Of a stretch of DNA of 56,083 nucleotides, positions 49,501 through 52,500 are shown piece after piece. This DNA comes from Elusimicrobiota bacterium (GTDB lineage: Bacteria; CG03; SLGR01; JBDRKX01). Made by a program: the position numbers and the translations under genes. How positions within the stretch are numbered: position 1 is the stretch's first letter; every line of letters starts with the position of its first letter. The notes under the pieces were generated by a model. It made no database searches. It was not told where the DNA came from and saw only the letters and a list, made by a program, of their open reading frames with translations. The stretch covers positions 1-56,083 of the forward strand of contig JBDRKX010000102.1 of NCBI GenBank assembly GCA_043813605.1. The letters are read 5' to 3'.

Positions 49501-52500
49501 GGCTCTCCATTTTCTCCAGCCACATGTGCTATGACAGAATTACCTTCCTGAATATACTGTTCCAGTTCATAAAAATCGGCTTCACTCCCTTCCAGTGCCA
49601 CACCCTGTTTTTCTGCTGCTTTCTGTATGGCAAACATAGATGTCGAAAACTGCGCGCCACTGGACAATGTCTCTTCGGTTACCGAACCAGTAAGAATATC
49701 AACAAGTATGGAAGTGGTCGCTATCTCTTCTATTGTCTCGGCATCTTCTATACCGAGAAGATTCTTAAGAGCATTAGTTGCGCAGTTTATCACGTTCTTA
49801 GTCTCATTGAAAACTGTTAGCAGCGCATCTATACTGGATTTGGATATCTGTATGGTAATATCGTCAGGATTGAGCCCGAGTTCTGCAAGCATGGCATTTC
49901 TCTCTTCTTCAGTCGCATCCAGATAATCATTGAGCCAGGTAGAAACATCTTGTTTTACTTTATCTTCGGATGTAAGGGTTTCGTCCTGTATTTCCGTCTG
50001 TTCGTCATCAACTTGATCCTGTGATGATAAAGTAACCGTTTCTTCCGCGCCTGTGTCTGCATCAATACTAGATCCAGTAGCGGTATCCTGTGCCTCTTTT
50101 TGTGTTGTATAGGTCCGCGCTGTATATTGTGATGTTATATTACTCTCGGATCCGCCGCCTGTTTCAGTACCGGTAATCGCGGGACCCGCATCCACATCTA
50201 CATCAACGTCTACATCCGCATCCATACCTACAGCAACATCCGCATTAACAGTTGTATCTGCAGTTGTATCTGCAGTTGTATCTGCAGCCACATCAGCCGA
50301 TACCGCATCAGAACTCGACGAGCTTAATCCTAAAGCAGAAGACAGGCTGTTTCCCGTCACAGCGCTGAAGCCCTGCCCGACTACACTATTGTCTGCAAAA
50401 TTACCCAGCATGCCGCTTATTGAAAAACCCTGATCCGACATCGCTGATTGCGCTGCCGCTACTGCCAGACCGACCGCAAGGCCGCCTATGAAACCAAAAG
50501 CAAGGCTTGCGGCAATAGTTGCAATAGTAGTCATATGGGATGTGATAAATCCCATTATTGAAAACCCTGTTTGAGCCGCTTCTGCTGCTTCCGCACAAGC
50601 TTCTGCCGCTTCCGCACAAGCTTCTGCTGCTGCTGCCGCTTCCGCAGACGCTGCATCCGCCGCTTCCGCCGCCGCATTCGCTGCTTCTGCCGCTTCCGCA
50701 CAGGCTTCCGCATCTCCACTGGCTGCTGCTTCCGCGCAGGCTGCCGCCGCCGCCGCACAATCTGCCGCCGCTTCCGCCGCTGCATCCGCTGCATCTGCCG
50801 CATCCGAGGCCGCATCCGCCGCTTCCGCCGAGGCATCCGAGGCTGCTGCATCCGCATCCGCCGCTGCATTGGCATCTGCCGCCGCATCCGCTGCTTCCGC
50901 CGCTACATCCGCCGCTGCATCAGTCCCAATCGCTGCCGCATCCGCTGCCGCCGCATCCGCTGCCGCATCCGCCGCCGCCGCCGTATCCGCCGAGGCATCC
51001 GCCGCTTCCGCTGCCGCATCCGCCGCATCCGCTGCCGCTGCCGACGCATCCGCTGCCGCTGCCGACGCATCCGCCGCATCCGCCGCCGCATCCGCTGCAT
51101 CCGAGGCCGCATCCGCTGCATCCGCCGCATTTCCATTCGCCGCCGCATCCGCTGCCGCAGAAGTCGCATCCGCTGCCGCTGCCGACGCATCCGCTGCATT
51201 CGAGGCCGCATCAGCCGCGTCAGATGATGCATCCGCCGTATCTCCCGCTGCATCACCTGCACCATCTCCGTCCCCGTCTCCGCCCTTGGCGCCCATAATC
51301 GACTGCTGTTCGGCTACTCCCAGTTCACGCGTTACCGCTTCTTCTGCCAGTATGTTAACCGTATCCGCGATATTTAATGAATCTTTATTTGCTGTATATT
51401 CCTTGCCGTCCGCATCTGTATACGTAACTTCCCCGGCATCGTCTATACCAGTAACCACTACATAATGACCTGCACCACTATCCCCCTCTACCCACGCTAT
51501 TACGGAATTACCATCCTTTATATAGTCTTTAAAATCATTCCAGGACGCTTCACTTCCATGGAGATCCAATCCCTGCTTTTCCGCTGCTTTCTGTATGGCA
51601 AACATAGAGGTAGAGAACTGTCCACCGCTTGAAAGAGTCTCTTTTGTCACTGAACCGGTTAAAATATCGACAAGGACGGCTGTCGTTGCTATTTGGGCCT
51701 GCGTATCATCGTCAGAAATTCCCAGAAGATTAGCCAATGCTTTTACAGCGCAGTTTATTACATCACCTGTCTGGGTCAGGAGTTTAATTATGGCGTTTAC
51801 CGATGCCTGAGTAAGATTTACTATCGGTACTTCTTCAGGATCCAATCCGAGGTCCGCGAGCATCTCTTTCTGTCTTTCAGTACCGGCACCAACATACTCT
51901 TCAAGCCAGGCTGCGACATCCTGCACTACAGCATCTTCTGCCTGATGAATATCCTGCTCGTCTGTGGTTGTAACTGTCTCGTCAACTACTGTTTCAACAG
52001 TATACTCGGTTGGCTCTGTAGTCGTTTCCACATATTCCGTATCGGGTGCTGTTTCGGTATCAATATAGCTGTTCGCTGCCGCTATCACCTGCCCTACTTT
52101 TTCTGTATCATTTTGCTCAACGAGATCCGCTGCTGTCTCGACAAATTGACCGGCAGATTTAACATCACCGATCTCTATGAAACGGTTGGCAGTATCAATC
52201 AGATCTTTTGCCGTTTCTGTATTTCCGGATTCCACAAGTCCTTTGGCAGCTGCAGCCAGGTCTCCCGCTTCTTCTGTCTTGCCCTGATCTATAAGTGTAG
52301 TTGCAGTATCCAATAGCTGACCGGCTGTTTTAAGCTGGTCGTTTTCAACCATCCGGCTCACTGCGCTGATAAGGTCTTCCGCTACCGGAGTATTACCTTC
52401 CTTAAGCGATTCATTAACAGCATCGACAAGCTGACCCGCCGCCGCAGGATCTCCTTCTTCCATTAGTTTTTTTGCCGTTTCAACAAGCTGACCGGCTGTC

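Noticed and set aside
50401-51465. Long ORFs in five alternative frames (Pro/His/Leu-rich 246 aa, Arg/Cys-rich 218 aa, Ala-rich 198 aa and three minus-strand alternative-frame ORFs)
   Set aside because: They are products of imperfect GC-rich triplet periodicity inside the Ala/Asp tract. Only the giant 1 frame continues into the flanking unique sequence.
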